44,356 nt of DNA from IMG/VR virus record IMGVR_UViG_3300044466_000065, positions 1 through 44,356 of that record. One strand, given 5' to 3'. Each line of letters starts with the position of its first letter. The stretch's first letter is position 1. Positions 42,635 to 44,356 of this stretch are shown here, piece by piece. Origin of the DNA: a virus. A program made the position numbers and the translations under genes. The notes below the pieces were generated by a model. The model was not told the origin of the DNA, did no database searches, and saw nothing but the letters and a program-made list of their open reading frames with translations.

Positions 42635-42670
42635 AAAAAGGGACGCCCCGGAGTGGGATCTGCCGGGGCG
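42635..42670 (-). terminator. Terminator-like hairpin plus T-run
   Basis: Minus strand CGCCCCGG-cagatcccact-CCGGGGCG, then tccc and TTTTT. Confidence 0.45.
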
Positions 42671-42884
42671 CGTTCACACACAACAAAAGACTGACGTTCC
42701 TGATTATGGCACGGATACCGCGGCATCGGGAGAAATCGCGGTACCCGCGCCTGGACAACAAATGAAAGACTTTCAACTGCCTGGATTATCGCCGATCCAA
42801 TCGAAAGAAGTCCAGAGACACGAAAGCCGCGGCTCTGATCAACCGCGGCCCCCGTGCATATGGCCTGCTAGAGCCCCAAGCCTA

Positions 42885-43022
42885 TCACGATTTCTTCGGC
42901 TTCGCCTTCCCCGCCTTCGACAGAGCAATCGCTACAGATTGAGCTGGCTTGTACCCCTCTTTGCGAAGAGTGCGGATGTTCGCAGAAACCGCGGCCTCGC
43001 TCTTCCCCTTCTTCAGCGGCAT
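42885..43022 (-). CDS. Small basic conserved-looking phage protein, 45 aa
   Basis: GGAGGA RBS; hand translation [45 protein letters not shown]; below the ORF-track cutoff. Confidence 0.7.
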   Translation of the reverse strand: MPLKKGKSEAAVSANIRTLRKEGYKPAQSVAIALSKAGKAKPKKS

Positions 43023-43032
43023 CTTCTTCCTC

Positions 43033-43425
43033 CTAAGCCTTCACTAGGTAAGGCCGGTCCTGTTCCTTCCAAATCTCCTCAAGTAGCGCCAGCGCGGCCG
43101 CTTCCTTCTCCGGAGTGCCGCCCGTCACTCGGTAGATAGGCTTTCCGTCCGCCGTTTTCACCGACGGGATCAGCCATCCTGCCGCCACCAGCATCCGCAG
43201 CCCACGCTCCAGCCTCTTCTTCGTAGTCTTCCGTCCCTTTTCCCCCGCCTTTACCACCAGCTCGGCGAAGTCCACCGCCACGCACGCCTCGTTGAATCGC
43301 TGATACGACAACAGGCACCACAGATGGTGCGCATACGGATCGATCCCCCGATCGCGCATCAATCCAATGGGGATGTTTACGTACCCTTCGGCTCGCGGCG
43401 GCGCAGGCAATACCCGTAGGACCAA
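43033..43425 (-). CDS. Winged-helix-like DNA-binding protein (regulator or replication-initiator-like); TTG start uncertain
   Basis: [30 protein letters not shown]... layout typical of wHTH phage proteins; first gene of the leftward accessory operon. Confidence 0.55.
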   Translation of the reverse strand: MVLRVLPAPPRAEGYVNIPIGLMRDRGIDPYAHHLWCLLSYQRFNEACVAVDFAELVVKAGEKGRKTTKKRLERGLRMLVAAGWLIPSVKTADGKPIYRVTGGTPEKEAAALALLEEIWKEQDRPYLVKA

Positions 43426-44229
43426 GGAAATTTACCCCCAAAAACACGAACACCCCCGAAGGGGTACCCGTGCGTTAAAGTGCTTTCGGACGCCCTCAGC
43501 GTATCATAAATCCCACTTTTTCCACAGCCCCCACAAAAAACCAGTTGCGCCCACTCGCCCTCCAGGTCCATCATGGGAACCGTTAAAGTGCTGCTCGGCT
43601 TCACATCCCGAAGGACCGCAGAGGAGTCCCCAAACCGGACGCGCCAGATCGGATCTGCGCTTTCCGGAGCAAGCTCCTCATCGCCACGCGGCCCCTTGCG
43701 TGCTCCCCTCGCGGCCACGCCTGCTGCACCTTCAATCGCGAGGACGGCTCCTACAGTTGACCTCCACGCCTCCACAATACAAAACGTGTCTCCACGGGGC
43801 GTTCAGGTTGGGCTTCCACATCACGAGGCGGGCCTCAAAACCTCCGACTCGACGAGCGCAACGACGTCAAGAGCGCTCTGAACCGTGTGGAATCGGGGCC
43901 TCCTGCCCCCTAACTAGGCTCGCCGCGACAACACAGGATCGGCTTGCCCGTGTGGGGGATGAGAGGGGGCATCCAATAAAGCTCCGTCTCCGAATACGGT
44001 AACCGTAAGCCCGCTGTTCCCCATCTCCGTACCCTGAAAATACCTGCGTATTTCGCTGCGTGGCTAACTGAAAGCGGACCCGCCCCCGGCCTGGGGGTGC
44101 CCCGGCCCTATGTTGCATGCAGGGTGCATGCAGTGCATGCTCGTAATCGGCAAGCCTGGCCGCGTCCCACATCGTGAGACGCAGGTCGTCGACAGCACGC
44201 GCAGCGTCTGGTCGTCGACCGTCTTTCCC

Positions 44230-44356
44230 ACCGAAGAGCTGGTTCTGAGCTGGCAGTGGCGGTAAAAGCCCCGTGAGTTGACGGGCAGACTACCCCCATT
44301 CGAGGGTTTTTACCCCCACTTGGACGAAATCCCCGGCGAAACAGGGCGGAGGCGCA
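44230..44356. repeat. Terminal direct repeat, copy 2 (circular-assembly overlap)
   Basis: Exact 127-nt copy of bases 1-127 at the end of the window. Confidence 0.95.

Noticed and set aside
43367-44172. ORFs 43367..44002 (+), 43377..43775 (-) and 43867..44172 (-) as genes
   Set aside because: Their composition is Arg/Pro/Ser/His-rich and not protein-like, with no RBS. They overlap one another and sit in a repeat-rich intergenic region.
1-44356. tRNA, tmRNA or rRNA genes
   Set aside because: I found no T-arm-like GGTTCGAATCC-type strings or cloverleaf candidates while reading. A proper tRNAscan-SE/ARAGORN run is still advisable.

Overview
The window is a complete, GC-rich dsDNA phage genome from a circular assembly. 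Its first 127 bases are identical to its last 127 bases, so the unique length is 44,229 bp. No host flanks, integrase, tRNA or CRISPR array are visible. The layout has three parts. (i) A rightward early/replication module (about 250-13,602, + strand) carries many small ORFs, an orphan SPPY DNA methyltransferase, a RecT-like annealing protein with a Gp157-like partner, a Vsr/DUF559-like nuclease, an HNH nuclease and a DUF3987 P-loop NTPase. (ii) A leftward podovirus-like morphogenesis module (39,332 down to 13,599, - strand) runs TerS-like HTH protein, TerL, portal, scaffold, major capsid, glycosyltransferase, glycine-rich fibre-like protein, adaptor/nozzle-like proteins, tail fibre with an S74 chaperone domain, three low-complexity internal proteins and a 1,933-aa PLxRFG-type giant protein. 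(iii) A leftward accessory operon (43,425 down to 40,056) ends in a phage-encoded PEP-CTERM protein with its own intrinsic terminator. The most unusual signals are: a 685-bp ORF-poor, hairpin-dense segment directly upstream of an Arg-rich HNH nuclease gene; a conserved GAAAGGATCACACA leader before seven early cistrons; an antisense HNH cassette flanked by a diverged duplication of the 5' end of the gene it invaded; and a roughly 1.05-1.3 kb repeat-rich non-coding control region spanning the circular junction. All product calls rest on motifs I recognise by eye. No database search was run.
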